Positions 50,474-61,154 of a stretch of DNA of 64,000 nucleotides are shown piece by piece. The position numbers were made by a program, and so were the translations under genes. The stretch is from an uncultured Chloroflexia bacterium. GTDB taxonomy: Bacteria > Chloroflexota > Chloroflexia > QHBQ01 > JADMIH01. Under the pieces are notes generated by a model. The model saw only the letters and a program-made list of their open reading frames with translations. It did not search any database and was not told the origin of the DNA. Location of the stretch: the NCBI GenBank assembly GCA_963797095.1, contig CAWCNY010000006.1, positions 608,001-672,000 on the forward strand. Reading direction: 5' to 3'. Numbering within the stretch: position 1 is the stretch's first letter; each line of letters opens with the position of its first letter.

Positions 50474-51673
50474 GTGCAAGCGACAATATACAACCTGGCC
50501 GGGGAAGAGGTAGAGAAGGTTGATCTGCCTGATGCCATCTTCGGCATCGAGCCGAACGAGGGGGTTATCCATCAGGCGGTTCTCCGCCAACAGGCCAACG
50601 CCCGCCGTGGTACCCACGACACCAAGACCCGCGCCTACGTGAGCGGCGGCGGCAAGAAGCCCTGGCGTCAGAAGGGCACCGGGCGTGCTCGCCAGGGTTC
50701 CACCCGCTCTCCGCAGTGGCGGCATGGTGGCGTAGTATTCGGCCCCCACCCCCGCTCGTACGAGCAGGATATGCCCCGCAAGATGCGCCGCCTCGCTATT
50801 CGCAGCGTTCTCTCAGGCAAGATGGCCGATGGTCAGATCGTTCTTGTGGACAGCTTCCAAACCCTGGAGCCTCGTACAAAGGCTATGATCGCGGCCCTCA
50901 ACAGCCTGAATATAGGCGACAAGAAAGCCCTAATTTTCACTACTGGTGGGGAAAGCACACTTCGCCAGGCTGCCGGCAATCTGCCAAACATCAAGATGCA
51001 GAGCGCCCACCTCCTGAGTGTGGTGGACATGCTCACCCACGATTTTGTGGTTCTCCCTAAGGATGCACTCGATGTGGTGACAGGCATACTCGGCAACACG
51101 GGTGGTCGCGCTAAGCTGACGCTGAGGGCGGTTACTGCCCCGAGGACCAATGGCAAGGCCACGGAGCCTGCCAGAGTCGTTGAAGTCGCCAAGCCCAAGC
51201 CCGATGTGAAGGCCGAAGTAGCGGCGGTTGAGGAAGCGAAAGAGACGAAGGCCGAGAGCAAGCCCCGAACATCGCGTCGCAAGAGCGAGCCTGAGACATC
51301 AGCGACCGAGACCCCGGCCCCATCGATTGCAGCGGGCAAGGTGGTCATCGCAACAGTCCATTATCAGGGCGAGGAATATGTTCAACTCAGAAACGACAAT
51401 GACCTGCCCGTGGATTTAAGCGGCTGGACGCTCCGCGACAAGAATGAAGAATCGCAGAGTATGACCTTCCCGGATGGTACCGAGCTAAAGCCAGGCTCGA
51501 CCCTCAGAGTCTTTACAGAGCCGGGCCACAAACTCACATTCGATAGCAAGCGTCCCATCTGGAACGATGAAGGCGATATAGCTGCACTGTTGAACCCGGC
51601 AGGCGAGGAAGTGTCCACCTTCGCCTACGGCAAATACGCCGAGGAAAGCGAAGGCGAAGGGAGCGAGAAATAA
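50474..51673 (+). CDS. rplD: uL4 with a charged linker and a C-terminal lamin-tail domain
   Basis: KPWRQKGTGRARQGS core of about 207 aa; tail EYVQLRN...VDLSGWTLRD...F..GT.L.PG...IWNDEGD.A.L. Confidence 0.95.
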   Translation: MQATIYNLAGEEVEKVDLPDAIFGIEPNEGVIHQAVLRQQANARRGTHDTKTRAYVSGGGKKPWRQKGTGRARQGSTRSPQWRHGGVVFGPHPRSYEQDMPRKMRRLAIRSVLSGKMADGQIVLVDSFQTLEPRTKAMIAALNSLNIGDKKALIFTTGGESTLRQAAGNLPNIKMQSAHLLSVVDMLTHDFVVLPKDALDVVTGILGNTGGRAKLTLRAVTAPRTNGKATEPARVVEVAKPKPDVKAEVAAVEEAKETKAESKPRTSRRKSEPETSATETPAPSIAAGKVVIATVHYQGEEYVQLRNDNDLPVDLSGWTLRDKNEESQSMTFPDGTELKPGSTLRVFTEPGHKLTFDSKRPIWNDEGDIAALLNPAGEEVSTFAYGKYAEESEGEGSEK

Positions 51674-51963
51674 TGCCTCATATGTATGAAGTCTTGCGCC
51701 GTCCCATTATGACAGAGCGCAACACAGAACTGATGATGCAAGGCCGCTACACATTTGAGGTAGCGCCCGATGCGAACAAAATACAGATCAAAGAGGCGGT
51801 CGAGAAGGCCTTCGACGTAACGGTATTGGCGGTCAACACGCTCAACGTTCACGCCAAAGCTCGCCGCCAGCGTACCCGCCTGCGCGGTCACAAACCGGGC
51901 TGGAAGAAAGCAATCGTAACATTGGCCCCCGGCCAGAGGATCGAGATATTCGAAGGCGTCTGA
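51673..51963 (+). CDS. rplW: uL23
   Basis: RPIMTE, ANKIQIKEAVE, WKKAIV. Confidence 0.98.
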   Translation: MPHMYEVLRRPIMTERNTELMMQGRYTFEVAPDANKIQIKEAVEKAFDVTVLAVNTLNVHAKARRQRTRLRGHKPGWKKAIVTLAPGQRIEIFEGV

Positions 51964-52048
51964 GCCATTTTGGGTTTTAGATCTCGGATAGCGGATTGAT
52001 CCCCTAAATCCGAAATCTAAAATCCGGAATCCAAAATCGGAGAGAATT

Positions 52049-52903
52049 ATGCCAGTAAGAAAGTACAACCCAACCTCCCCTGGCCGCAGGATCATGAGCG
52101 TGGCGACTTTCGAGGAAATCACCAAGAAGAAGCCCGAGAAATCGCTGATCGTTGCTCAGAAGAAGTCCGGTGGGCGCAACAACACCGGGCGCATCACAAC
52201 CCGGCATCGCGGCGGTGGGCACAAGCATCACTACCGCATCATCGACTTCAAGCGCAACAAGTACAACATCCCCGGCAAGGTGGCGGCGGTCGAGTACGAC
52301 CCCAACCGCTCGGCCCGGATTGCCCTTGTCAATTACGCCGATGGCGAGAAGCGCTATATACTTATGCCAATTGGCCTCAAGGTAGGCGACACGATCATGT
52401 CGGGCGATAACGCCGATGTGCGTGTGGGCAACACCCTGCCTCTCCGCCGTATCCCACTCGGCACGCAGATCCACAATGTTGAGCTGCATATCGGCAAGGG
52501 CGGCCAGTTGGTGCGCAGCGCGGGCGGCGTGGCCCAACTTATGGCCCGCGACGACAAATACGCCCAGGTGCGCCTCCCGTCCGGTGAGGTGCGCATGATC
52601 CACGTGAACTGCATGGCTACCATAGGCCAGGTGGGCAACGTGGAGCACGAGAATATCCGAATCGGCAAGGCCGGGCGCAAGCGCTGGTTGGGCAGGCGTC
52701 CCGAAGTGCGTGGGGCAGCCATGAACCCGGTCGATCACCCGCACGGTGGTGGCGAGGGCCGAGCACCACGCGGTGGGCAGCCTCAGACCAAGTGGGGCAA
52801 GCCCGCACAGGGCTACCGCACCCGCAACAACAAGCGGACCGACAAATTTATCATACGTGGCCGACGCCGTGGGCCTCAGGCCGCAGGCAAGGGGCAGAGA
52901 TAG
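52049..52903 (+). CDS. rplB: uL2
   Basis: [21 protein letters not shown]. Confidence 0.99.
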   Translation: MPVRKYNPTSPGRRIMSVATFEEITKKKPEKSLIVAQKKSGGRNNTGRITTRHRGGGHKHHYRIIDFKRNKYNIPGKVAAVEYDPNRSARIALVNYADGEKRYILMPIGLKVGDTIMSGDNADVRVGNTLPLRRIPLGTQIHNVELHIGKGGQLVRSAGGVAQLMARDDKYAQVRLPSGEVRMIHVNCMATIGQVGNVEHENIRIGKAGRKRWLGRRPEVRGAAMNPVDHPHGGGEGRAPRGGQPQTKWGKPAQGYRTRNNKRTDKFIIRGRRRGPQAAGKGQR

Positions 52904-52972
52904 TTCCAAGTTGCTGGTTCCTGATAAGTTACTCACCGGTAACTAGAACCAGCACCTTCCAGAGGAGAAAAG

Positions 52973-53257
52973 ATGACACGTTCAGCTAAGAAGGGGCCTT
53001 TCGTAGACCATAACCTTGAGGAAAAGATCCTCAGGATGAACCAGCGGAATGAGAAGCGCGTGATCAAGACCTGGGCGCGTGCCAGCACCATCACCCCCGA
53101 CATGGTGGGCCACACACTAGGTGTGCACGACGGCAGGCGTCATATCCCCATCTATGTGACCGAGAACATGGTCGGTCACAAACTGGGCGAGTTTGCACTA
53201 ACCCGCTTCTACAAAGGCCACGGGGCCAAGACCGAGAAGGCCACGCGCTTGAAATAG
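52973..53257 (+). CDS. rpsS: uS19
   Basis: [16 protein letters not shown]. Confidence 0.99.
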   Translation: MTRSAKKGPFVDHNLEEKILRMNQRNEKRVIKTWARASTITPDMVGHTLGVHDGRRHIPIYVTENMVGHKLGEFALTRFYKGHGAKTEKATRLK

Positions 53258-53303
53258 GGGGTCGGCAGGGGAGAGTCCCTGCACGGGGTGTGGGGTGTCC
53301 CCA
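53257..53303 (+). repeat. GC-rich double-hairpin REP-like element, copy 1
   Basis: GGGGTCGGCAGGGGAGAGTCCCTGCACGGGGTGTGGGGTGTCCCCA. Confidence 0.6.
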
Positions 53304-53335
53304 CTCTCTACCTCTACAGAGGAGATGAACAAAGA

Positions 53336-53674
53336 ATGGAAGTACGAGCAGTAGCCAAGCATATTCGCCGGTCACCCCGCAAGATTCGCCTTGTGATGGA
53401 TGCCGTGCGCGGTAAGAGCGTTGACGAGGCAGTCGCCATCCTGCGATTCCTTCCGCATACCAGCGCCGACGAAATCCTGAAAGTAATCAGGAGCGCAGCG
53501 GCCAACGCCGAAAACAATTATCAGATGGCTCCCGAAGACCTCTTCATCAAGGCCATCTACGCGGACGAGGGCCCGACCATCAAGCGCTTCCGCGCCCGCT
53601 CACGCGGTATGGCCGCCCCCATCCTCAAGCGGACCAGCCATATTACAGTTGTTGTAGAAGAGAGAGAATACTAG
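53336..53674 (+). CDS. rplV: uL22
   Basis: SPRKIRLV, SAAANAENN, KRTSHIT. Confidence 0.98.
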   Translation: MEVRAVAKHIRRSPRKIRLVMDAVRGKSVDEAVAILRFLPHTSADEILKVIRSAAANAENNYQMAPEDLFIKAIYADEGPTIKRFRARSRGMAAPILKRTSHITVVVEEREY

Positions 53675-53759
53675 TAGAATTATGGATTTCCGATTGCGGA
53701 TTTGCCATACTAAATCCGAAATCTAAGATCCGAAATCCGCAATCCGAACAGGGGGAACC

Positions 53760-54620
53760 ATGGGACGAAAGGTCCATCCAACATCATTCAGGCTCGGCAT
53801 TATCCGAGATTGGCAATCTCGCTGGTACGCCGACCGCAACTATACCGACATGCTCCACGAGGATGTGCGCATTCGCGCCCTTGTGAATAAGAGACTATCG
53901 AACGCTTCTCTGTCCAGCATCGAGATCCAGCGTTCGGCCAACCAGCTTGACGTTACCCTTCACACAGCCAAACCGGGCGTTGTGATCGGCAAAGGCGGCC
54001 AGGCTGTTGACCAGCTTCGCAAAGACCTCGAAACGATGACGGGCAAGAAGGTCAAGCTCAATATTGAAGAGATCAAGCAGCCCGAGCTTGATGCCTATCT
54101 GGTAGCCGAGAGCATCGCCGAGCAGATCACCCGCCGCGTGTCATACAAGCGTGCCCTCAAGCAGGCTGTACTTCGCTCGACTCGTGCCGGGGCCAAAGGC
54201 GTCAAGATTCGCATCTCAGGCCGCCTCGGTGGCGCTGAAATGGCCCGCTCCGTGTGGGAGCGCGAAGGCCGCGTGCCTCTGCACACCATCCGCGCCGACA
54301 TCGACTACGGGCAGGTGCACGCCCACACAACCTATGGCCGCATCGGCGTCAAAGTGTGGATTTACAAGGGCGAAGTCATCCAGCGCAAAGGTGGCGACTC
54401 CCTGCTTGAGGTGGACCGCCCGCTGGCAACAGCCGCCCCGCGCCCTGAGCGCCGCGAACGACGCGAGCGCGATGACCGTGGCGGGCGCGGCGGAGGACGT
54501 GGCGGGGAGCGTGGAGATCGAGGAGATCGCGGCGAGCGCGCCCCTCGTGCCCCTCGAGCCGAAGCCCCTCAGACTGGTACGGCCTCCGGCGGCGAGATGG
54601 GCTCGTCCAACGAAGCGTGA
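53760..54620 (+). CDS. rpsC: uS3 with an RG-rich tail
   Basis: MGRKVHP, GRVPLHT. Confidence 0.99.
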   Translation: MGRKVHPTSFRLGIIRDWQSRWYADRNYTDMLHEDVRIRALVNKRLSNASLSSIEIQRSANQLDVTLHTAKPGVVIGKGGQAVDQLRKDLETMTGKKVKLNIEEIKQPELDAYLVAESIAEQITRRVSYKRALKQAVLRSTRAGAKGVKIRISGRLGGAEMARSVWEREGRVPLHTIRADIDYGQVHAHTTYGRIGVKVWIYKGEVIQRKGGDSLLEVDRPLATAAPRPERRERRERDDRGGRGGGRGGERGDRGDRGERAPRAPRAEAPQTGTASGGEMGSSNEA

Positions 54621-54635
54621 TTGGAGTAATTAGCT

Positions 54636-55097
54636 ATGTTGATGCCTAAGAGAGTAAAACATCGCAAGCAGCATCGCGGCACCACCGGGGGCGGCGTGGC
54701 ACAGCGCGGCACCGAAGTTACATTCGGTGAGTTCGGCTTGCAGGCCCTCGAAACCGCCTGGATCGACAGCCGCCAGATCGAGGCTGCCCGCCGTGCCATC
54801 ACAGGTCACATCAAGCGCGGTGGCAAGGTCTGGATTCGCATCTTCCCGGACAAGAGCATGAGCGCCAAACCCGCCGAGACCCGCATGGGCTCCGGCAAGG
54901 GTGCTCCCGACCATTGGGTCGCTGTCATCAAGCCGGGCCGCGTGATGTTTGAAGTGTCGGGCGTGCGCGAGGATGTGGCAGCCGAAGCCATGCGCAAAGC
55001 AGGTCATAAGCTCCCTATTAAGACGCGCTTCGTGAAGCGCCAGGCCGAAGGCCAGGCAGTACCGGAGCCGCAAGCGGAGCCGGAGGACGAGGAGTAG
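54636..55097 (+). CDS. rplP: uL16
   Basis: [17 protein letters not shown]. Confidence 0.99.
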   Translation: MLMPKRVKHRKQHRGTTGGGVAQRGTEVTFGEFGLQALETAWIDSRQIEAARRAITGHIKRGGKVWIRIFPDKSMSAKPAETRMGSGKGAPDHWVAVIKPGRVMFEVSGVREDVAAEAMRKAGHKLPIKTRFVKRQAEGQAVPEPQAEPEDEE

Positions 55098-55102
55098 ACC
55101 AT

Positions 55103-55408
55103 ATGAAGGCAGAAGAGATAAACAGCATGAGCGAGTCTCAGCTTCGGACCATCCTTGAGGAGAACCGTCAGGAGCTTTTCAACCTGCGTTTCCAGGTGGC
55201 TACTCGCAAGATCAAGAATCACCAGCGCATCCCGCAGGTGAAAAAGGATATCGCCCGTATCATGACCGCCATGCGTGAGCGCGAGCTAATGCGTGAGTTC
55301 GCGGGCGTTGACCTGGAATCGGATCTGGTGGAAGCCATCCCAACCACCCAGGAGACAACAAGGAGCGGGGGCCTGCTTGGCCGCCTGCGCGGACGCGGAG
55401 GACGATAG
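55103..55408 (+). CDS. rpmC: uL29 with C-terminal extension
   Basis: ELFNLRFQ, KKDIARI. Confidence 0.95.
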   Translation: MKAEEINSMSESQLRTILEENRQELFNLRFQVATRKIKNHQRIPQVKKDIARIMTAMRERELMREFAGVDLESDLVEAIPTTQETTRSGGLLGRLRGRGGR

Positions 55409-55490
55409 GACCGACGATAGACGAACGACTATGGGCGGGAAGCAAAACTTCCCCTCCATCTTCCGTCCTTCGTCCCCACAGGAGACAATA

Positions 55491-55817
55491 ATGGCAAAGA
55501 ACGAACCAACAGTACAGCAGGCCACGGGCGAGCAGCAGCTACCTGAGCAGCAGCTACTTGAGTACCTCCGCACCAAACGCACCGAAATCGGGCGCGTCGT
55601 CTCCGATAAGATGGAGAAGACGGTGGTGGTACTGGTCGAGCGCCGCAAACAGCACCCGATCTACAAGAAGGTGATGCGCCGCTCGGCCAAATTTATGGCC
55701 CACGACGAGCTCGGCGCGGCAATGGGTGACACCGTCCGCATTATCGAGAGCAGGCCGCTCAGCGCCCACAAGCGCTGGCGCGTGGTGGAGATTATCGCGA
55801 AAGCAGACCAAGTTTGA
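55491..55817 (+). CDS. rpsQ: uS17
   Basis: GRVVSDKMEKT, ESRPLS; AGGAG RBS. Confidence 0.97.
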   Translation: MAKNEPTVQQATGEQQLPEQQLLEYLRTKRTEIGRVVSDKMEKTVVVLVERRKQHPIYKKVMRRSAKFMAHDELGAAMGDTVRIIESRPLSAHKRWRVVEIIAKADQV

Positions 55818-55901
55818 CGGACGGTAGACTATAGACGATTGGCGAAAGAGTCTTCGTCGTTCGTCCTTCGTCGTTCGTCCTTCGTCCAGGAGAACTAGAC
55901 A

Positions 55902-56270
55902 ATGATCCAGCAAGAGACCCGCCTGCGTGTGGCGGACAATACAGGAGCCAAAGAGATCCTCTGCATTCGAGTGATGGGTGGCTCCAAACGCAAATATGCT
56001 CACGTAGGCGATATCATAGTAGCGGCGGTCAAGACCGCCACGCCCGGTGGCACGGTCAAGAAGGGTGAGGTGGTGCGCGCTGTAGTGGTTCGTACTGCCA
56101 AAGAATACAAGCGCCCGGACGGCTCACATATCCGCTTCGACGATAATGCTGCCGTAATCATAAACAAAGACAATGCCCCACGCGGCACTCGCATCTTCGG
56201 CCCGGTGGCCCGCGAATTGCGCGAGAGGCAGTTCATGAAAATCGTATCGCTCGCGCCAGAGGTTTTGTAG
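55902..56270 (+). CDS. rplN: uL14
   Basis: [17 protein letters not shown]. Confidence 0.99.
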   Translation: MIQQETRLRVADNTGAKEILCIRVMGGSKRKYAHVGDIIVAAVKTATPGGTVKKGEVVRAVVVRTAKEYKRPDGSHIRFDDNAAVIINKDNAPRGTRIFGPVARELRERQFMKIVSLAPEVL

Positions 56271-56343
56271 GAAAGACGATAGACCTGGATGATCTGACCT
56301 TCGTCACTCATCCTACTTCATGCGTCCTCCGTAGGAGATTCGA

Positions 56344-56691
56344 ATGAATATCAAGCAGAACGACACCGTGCTAATCATAGCCGGCAAAGATAAGGGCAAG
56401 AAAGGCAAAGTGCGTGAGGTACATCCCACCGACCATGCCGTGATTGTCGAAGGTATTAATATCGTAAAGAAACACACCAGGGGCCGTTCGGGTGCGCGCC
56501 AGGCAGGTGTGATCGAGCAGGAAGCACCTCTCAACGCCGCCAAGGTGATGGTGGTATGTCCATCCTGCAACAGAGGCGTGCGCGTGGGCCACACTTTGCT
56601 CGCTAACGGTCAGAAGGTGCGCGTGTGCCGCCATTGCGGCGAAACCTTCGAGGCCGATGCCACCCAGGAAAAGTGGGGTGGCCGCCGGTAG
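56344..56691 (+). CDS. rplX: uL24 (two CxxC motifs)
   Basis: IAGKDKGKKG, EGINIVKKH. Confidence 0.98.
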   Translation: MNIKQNDTVLIIAGKDKGKKGKVREVHPTDHAVIVEGINIVKKHTRGRSGARQAGVIEQEAPLNAAKVMVVCPSCNRGVRVGHTLLANGQKVRVCRHCGETFEADATQEKWGGRR

Positions 56692-56793
56692 TTTTAGATT
56701 TCATAAATCCGAAATCTGCAATCTAAGACCCGAAATTGAAATGGGCTGCAACCTTCAGAAGACGACCAGCCAAATAGAAAGAGGAGATTTACA

Positions 56794-57513
56794 GTGGCTA
56801 AGGACGATAACAAAGGCAAAGCCGGGACGGCCAAAGGTGGAGGCAAGCCGTCAAACGCTCAACAGAGGGGTGGCGGGCAGGGCGCAGGTGCCAATGGTGC
56901 AGCCGCGAGCCAGCCTCGCGCCCAGCTTCGTAGTGCCGGTGGCCCTAATGAGATACCGGAAGGCTATGTGCCTCGCCTCAAGAAGAGATATGCAGATGAA
57001 GTGGTTCCTGCCCTGCTCAAGGAATTCAATTTCTCTAATGTAATGCAGGTTCCAGTGGTCAAGAAAGTAGTTATTAATATCGGTATGGGAAGCGAGGCAC
57101 GTGAAAACGTCAAGTCGCTCGATAATGCCGTGGGCGACCTGGCCCAGATCACCGGCCAGAGGGCTGTGATCACCCGCGCCAAGAAGTCTATCGCTGCCTT
57201 CAAGTTGCGCACAGGGATGCCCATCGGCGTGATGGTCACCTTGCGCGGCCCCAGGATGTGGGACTTCCTGGACAAACTGTTCAATATAACGCTGGCTCGC
57301 GTGCGCGACTTTTCGGGTGTGTCCCCCAGTTCGTTTGACGGGCATGGCAACTTCACCCTCGGCCTGCGTGAGCAACTGATCTTCCCTGAAATCGAATATG
57401 ACAACATCGACAAGGTTCGTGGCATGGAGATCGTAATTGTGACCTCTGCCAGGAACGATGAAGAAGGCCGCAGCCTTCTGCAACACCTGGGAATGCCGTT
57501 CAAAAGAGGCTGA
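56794..57513 (+). CDS. rplE: uL5 with a Gly/Ala-rich N-extension
   Basis: [20 protein letters not shown]. Confidence 0.98.
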   Translation: MAKDDNKGKAGTAKGGGKPSNAQQRGGGQGAGANGAAASQPRAQLRSAGGPNEIPEGYVPRLKKRYADEVVPALLKEFNFSNVMQVPVVKKVVINIGMGSEARENVKSLDNAVGDLAQITGQRAVITRAKKSIAAFKLRTGMPIGVMVTLRGPRMWDFLDKLFNITLARVRDFSGVSPSSFDGHGNFTLGLREQLIFPEIEYDNIDKVRGMEIVIVTSARNDEEGRSLLQHLGMPFKRG

Positions 57514-57598
57514 TACGATTTCGGATTTTTGGATTGCTGATTGCGGATTGGAAAATAGGTCCGAAATCTAAAATCTAAAGTCTAAAATAAGGAGATAT

Positions 57599-57784
57599 AT
57601 GGCCAAGAAATCAATGATAGCAAAGTCGCTCCGCACACCGAAGTTCCATGTGCGCCAGCACAATCGTTGCAAGATCTGCGGACGCCCTCGCGCCTACATT
57701 CGCAAGTTCGGAATGTGCCGCATCTGCTTCCGCGAGCATGCGTCTCGTGGTATGCTGCCCGGCGTCGTAAAGTCGAGCTGGTAA
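57599..57784 (+). CDS. rpsN: uS14, zinc-binding type
   Basis: RCKICGR...CRICFRE. Confidence 0.98.
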   Translation: MAKKSMIAKSLRTPKFHVRQHNRCKICGRPRAYIRKFGMCRICFREHASRGMLPGVVKSSW

Positions 57785-57916
57785 CCCACAGTCATGAGCA
57801 CCTGGTACCGAGTGCTCGGACCTCCAGATGAACTCGGTACTCAGTACTTGGTACTCAGTACTGGAAATGCTTAGGACGGCCATTATGGCCGTTGCCGCAA
57901 GGAGAAATCACGGCTT

Positions 57917-58315
57917 ATGAATATGACAGATCCTATCGCCGATATGCTGACCCGCATTCGCAACGCCAGCATGGCGCGACACCAGAGTGTGCTGATCCCT
58001 AATTCCAACGTGAAGGTGGAGATCGCCCGCATCTTGAAGAACGAAGGCTACATCCGCGATTACGACATGCCACCCGACATGGAAGGGCGCATGTTCCGCG
58101 TATGGCTCAAGTACGGCCCCGACAAGAGGCCCGTGCTGTCGGGTATCAAGCGCGTCAGCAAGCCCGGCCTGCGCGTCTACACCAAGCGCAAAGATATTCC
58201 GATGGTGCTGAGCGGGCTTGGCGTTACCATCCTCTCCACCCCTCAGGGCGTGATGACCGGTCGCGAAGCCTTCGGCAAAAAGTTGGGCGGTGAGGTAGTG
58301 GCTTACGTCTGGTAG
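57917..58315 (+). CDS. rpsH: uS8
   Basis: [20 protein letters not shown]. Confidence 0.99.
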   Translation: MNMTDPIADMLTRIRNASMARHQSVLIPNSNVKVEIARILKNEGYIRDYDMPPDMEGRMFRVWLKYGPDKRPVLSGIKRVSKPGLRVYTKRKDIPMVLSGLGVTILSTPQGVMTGREAFGKKLGGEVVAYVW

Positions 58316-58402
58316 ATCGTGATACGTGATGAGTGATACGTGATCTCCCATGAATGTTCGCCGTAAGCAGTATTCACGTGTCCGCACTAGGAGAAAAGAA
58401 CA

Positions 58403-58963
58403 ATGTCTCGTATTGGTAACAAACCTATACCTCTACCCAAGGGCGTGACTGTGGAGCTGGATGGCTCCCACATGCGAGTCAAAGGGCCTAAAGGCACCCT
58501 TGAGCAGTCCTTCCGCTCGGAGGTGGATATTGAGGTGCAGGACAGCCAGATCGTGGTCACGCGCCCCGTTGAGGACAAGTTGCACCGCTCGCTCCACGGC
58601 CTCACCCGCACCCTCATCAACAACATGGTGGTGGGTGTGACCGATGGTTTCACCCGCACCCTCGAAATTGCGGGCGTCGGCTACCGCGTAGCTAAAGAGG
58701 GCAATTCGCTTGTCTTTTCCCTCGGATATTCGCACCCCGTTCGCATCGACCCACCGACCGGCATTAGCTTCGGCGTAGAGACCCCAACCCGATTCACAGT
58801 ATCGGGCATCGACAAGCAGGCCGTCGGACAGCAGGCCGCCATAATCCGCATGCTCCGCAAGCCTGAGCCTTACAAAGGCAAAGGTATAAGCTACCAGGGT
58901 GAGCGCATCCGCCGCAAGGCTGGCAAGGCCGGTAAGGTCGGCGGCAAGGGCGGTAAGAAGTAA
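58403..58963 (+). CDS. rplF: uL6
   Basis: [13 protein letters not shown]. Confidence 0.99.
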   Translation: MSRIGNKPIPLPKGVTVELDGSHMRVKGPKGTLEQSFRSEVDIEVQDSQIVVTRPVEDKLHRSLHGLTRTLINNMVVGVTDGFTRTLEIAGVGYRVAKEGNSLVFSLGYSHPVRIDPPTGISFGVETPTRFTVSGIDKQAVGQQAAIIRMLRKPEPYKGKGISYQGERIRRKAGKAGKVGGKGGKK

Positions 58964-59090
58964 ACGCCACTGCTTATTGCGTATTGCATGTTGCGTAACG
59001 ATGAAACGGACAGAATACACAGTGCGTAGTAAGCAATACGCAGTGGAAATCGCCTGAATATGACCAGGCAACATAAAGGATAAAAGAGAA

Positions 59091-59447
59091 ATGAAGCAGA
59101 AACCGCATGAAATGACGCCGCGCCATAAGCGGCACAACCGCGTCCGAGCGCGCATGCATGGCACACCGGAGAAACCTCGCTTGAATGTTTTCCGCAGCCT
59201 CAACCATATCTACGCGCAGGTTATTGACGACGATGCGGGCCACACCCTGGTGGCTGCCTCCACCCTCGACAAAGAGGTGAGCGAGGCCCCCAAGATGCAG
59301 CAGGCCCAGGCAGTCGGCAAGCTTGTAGCCGAGCGCGCCAAGGCCGCCGGTATCGGCAAAGTAGTATTCGACAGGGGTGGCTATCTTTACCACGGGCGTA
59401 TCAAAGCCCTGGCAGATAGCGCCCGCGAAGGCGGACTCGATTTCTAG
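59091..59447 (+). CDS. rplR: uL18
   Basis: [20 protein letters not shown]. Confidence 0.98.
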   Translation: MKQKPHEMTPRHKRHNRVRARMHGTPEKPRLNVFRSLNHIYAQVIDDDAGHTLVAASTLDKEVSEAPKMQQAQAVGKLVAERAKAAGIGKVVFDRGGYLYHGRIKALADSAREGGLDF

Positions 59448-59456
59448 ACAGAAAGC

Positions 59457-59503
59457 GGGGTGCAGGGGAATTCCCTTGCCGGGGGTTCCAGGGGTATTCC
59501 CTG
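59457..59503 (+). repeat. GC-rich double-hairpin REP-like element, copy 2
   Basis: GGGGTGCAGGGGAATTCCCTTGCCGGGGGTTCCAGGGGTATTCCCTG. Confidence 0.6.
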
Positions 59504-59539
59504 ACCTGACCCTCCCCTAACAGGAAGTTCGGAGGAAAA

Positions 59540-60271
59540 ATGGCTAGATTAGAACGAGGAACCATATCAGAGCTTGATGAGAAGCTGGTCCAGGTCAACC
59601 GTGTCGCCAAAGTGGTGAAAGGTGGCCGCAGGTTCAACTTCAGCTCGGTGGTAGTGGTAGGTGACGGTAAGGGCATGGTTGGCGCCGGTACAGGTAAAGC
59701 CTCCGAGGTCCCCGACTCGATCCGCAAGGCGGGCGACGACGCCAAGAAGCACATGATCCGTGTGCCTCTCGTCGGCAGCACCATCCCCCACGATGTGCGT
59801 GTCTCCTACGGCGCAAGCACTGTCTACCTCAAGCCCGCTGCTCCCGGTACCGGCGTGATAGCCGGTGGTGGAGTGCGTGCGGTACTTGAAGCTGCCGGTG
59901 TGCGCGACGTGTTCGGCAAGTCGCTCGGCAACAACAACCCCATCAACCTGGTGCGCGCCACCCTGCTGGCCCTCTCCAAACTCCATTCTGTGGAGGATGA
60001 GGCCATGCGTCGTGGTATCCCCCAGGAGGAGATGGAGAAGCGACTCTTCCGCAAGGACGTAGCCGTCCAGAAGGCGATCCGCGAGGGCCGTATGCAAGCT
60101 GCTCCCGCCATCAGGACCGTCGAAAAACCTGCTCGCGAGGAGCGCCCACCCAGGCGTGATGGTCGTGGCCGCGACGGCCAGGGTGCCGGCCCCGGTGGCG
60201 GTGGCCGAGGCAACCGTGGCGATAACCGCGGTGGTCAGGGCAGAGGAGGAGGCGGACGTGGCCGAGGCTAA
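59540..60271 (+). CDS. rpsE: uS5 with an RGG-rich tail
   Basis: [19 protein letters not shown]. Confidence 0.99.
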   Translation: MARLERGTISELDEKLVQVNRVAKVVKGGRRFNFSSVVVVGDGKGMVGAGTGKASEVPDSIRKAGDDAKKHMIRVPLVGSTIPHDVRVSYGASTVYLKPAAPGTGVIAGGGVRAVLEAAGVRDVFGKSLGNNNPINLVRATLLALSKLHSVEDEAMRRGIPQEEMEKRLFRKDVAVQKAIREGRMQAAPAIRTVEKPAREERPPRRDGRGRDGQGAGPGGGGRGNRGDNRGGQGRGGGGRGRG

Positions 60272-60473
60272 GAAGACTGAGAGCAAGGCCGAAGACGCAA
60301 AGACCCTCCGTATCACCTGGGTCAAGAGCGCCATCGGCTATCCCAAAAACCAGAAGGCGACTATAGCCGCCCTGGGGTTGCGCCGTCTTAACCAGACGGT
60401 CGAGCAGCCCGATAACCCCGCTATCCGGGGCCAGATCTTCCGCGTACAGCACCTGTTGCGCGTCGAAGAATAG
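60258..60473 (+). CDS. rpmD: uL30
   Basis: [17 protein letters not shown]; GTG start after GGAGG. Confidence 0.95.
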   Translation: MAEAKKTESKAEDAKTLRITWVKSAIGYPKNQKATIAALGLRRLNQTVEQPDNPAIRGQIFRVQHLLRVEE

Positions 60474-60541
60474 TGTGACGGCCTCAGGCCGATAACGCGA
60501 GGCACGACTCATGGAGTTTGTGTCGAGAAAGGATCATCGCA

Positions 60542-61066
60542 GTGAAATTGAATGATATCGCCTCCCCGCAAGGTACGAATAAAGACAGGAAGCGTGTTGG
60601 GCGCGGCCACGGCTCCGGCCACGTAAAAACCGCCGGGCGCGGTACCAAAGGCCAGAAGGCCCGCACAGGCGGTAATGTGCCGCCACGCTTCCAGGGCGGC
60701 CAGACCCCTATTCAACAGCAACTTCCCTACAAGCGCGGCTTTACGAATATCTGGACTCAGCGTTACAATATAGTCAACCTGGGGCGATTGGCGGGGCTTG
60801 AGAAAGGCGCTGAAGTCACCCCTCAGAGCCTGCTCACGCTGGGCCTTCTGCGCGACAACGACAAGCCACTTAAGATACTGGGCGATGGCGATCTATCAGT
60901 AGCAATCACCGTCAGCGCCCACAAAGTGAGCGAAGGCGCAAGACAGAAGATCGAGGCTGCGGGCGGTAGCGTAAATATCATCGAAACCCCCAACGCACCG
61001 CACCGCTCGAAAGGTCGCAGCGAAGCCCCCATCCGGGCCATGAAGGCCCGCCAGGCAGGAAAGTAA
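60542..61066 (+). CDS. rplO: uL15
   Basis: RVGRGHGSG, GQTP, LKILG.G. Confidence 0.98.
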   Translation: MKLNDIASPQGTNKDRKRVGRGHGSGHVKTAGRGTKGQKARTGGNVPPRFQGGQTPIQQQLPYKRGFTNIWTQRYNIVNLGRLAGLEKGAEVTPQSLLTLGLLRDNDKPLKILGDGDLSVAITVSAHKVSEGARQKIEAAGGSVNIIETPNAPHRSKGRSEAPIRAMKARQAGK

Positions 61067-61154
61067 TCGGAGTCGGTAGTCGGTAGTCAGTAGTTGGATC
61101 TCTGTTCAACTACCGACTACCGACTACCGACTACCTTACCGAAAGGACAGGCAC

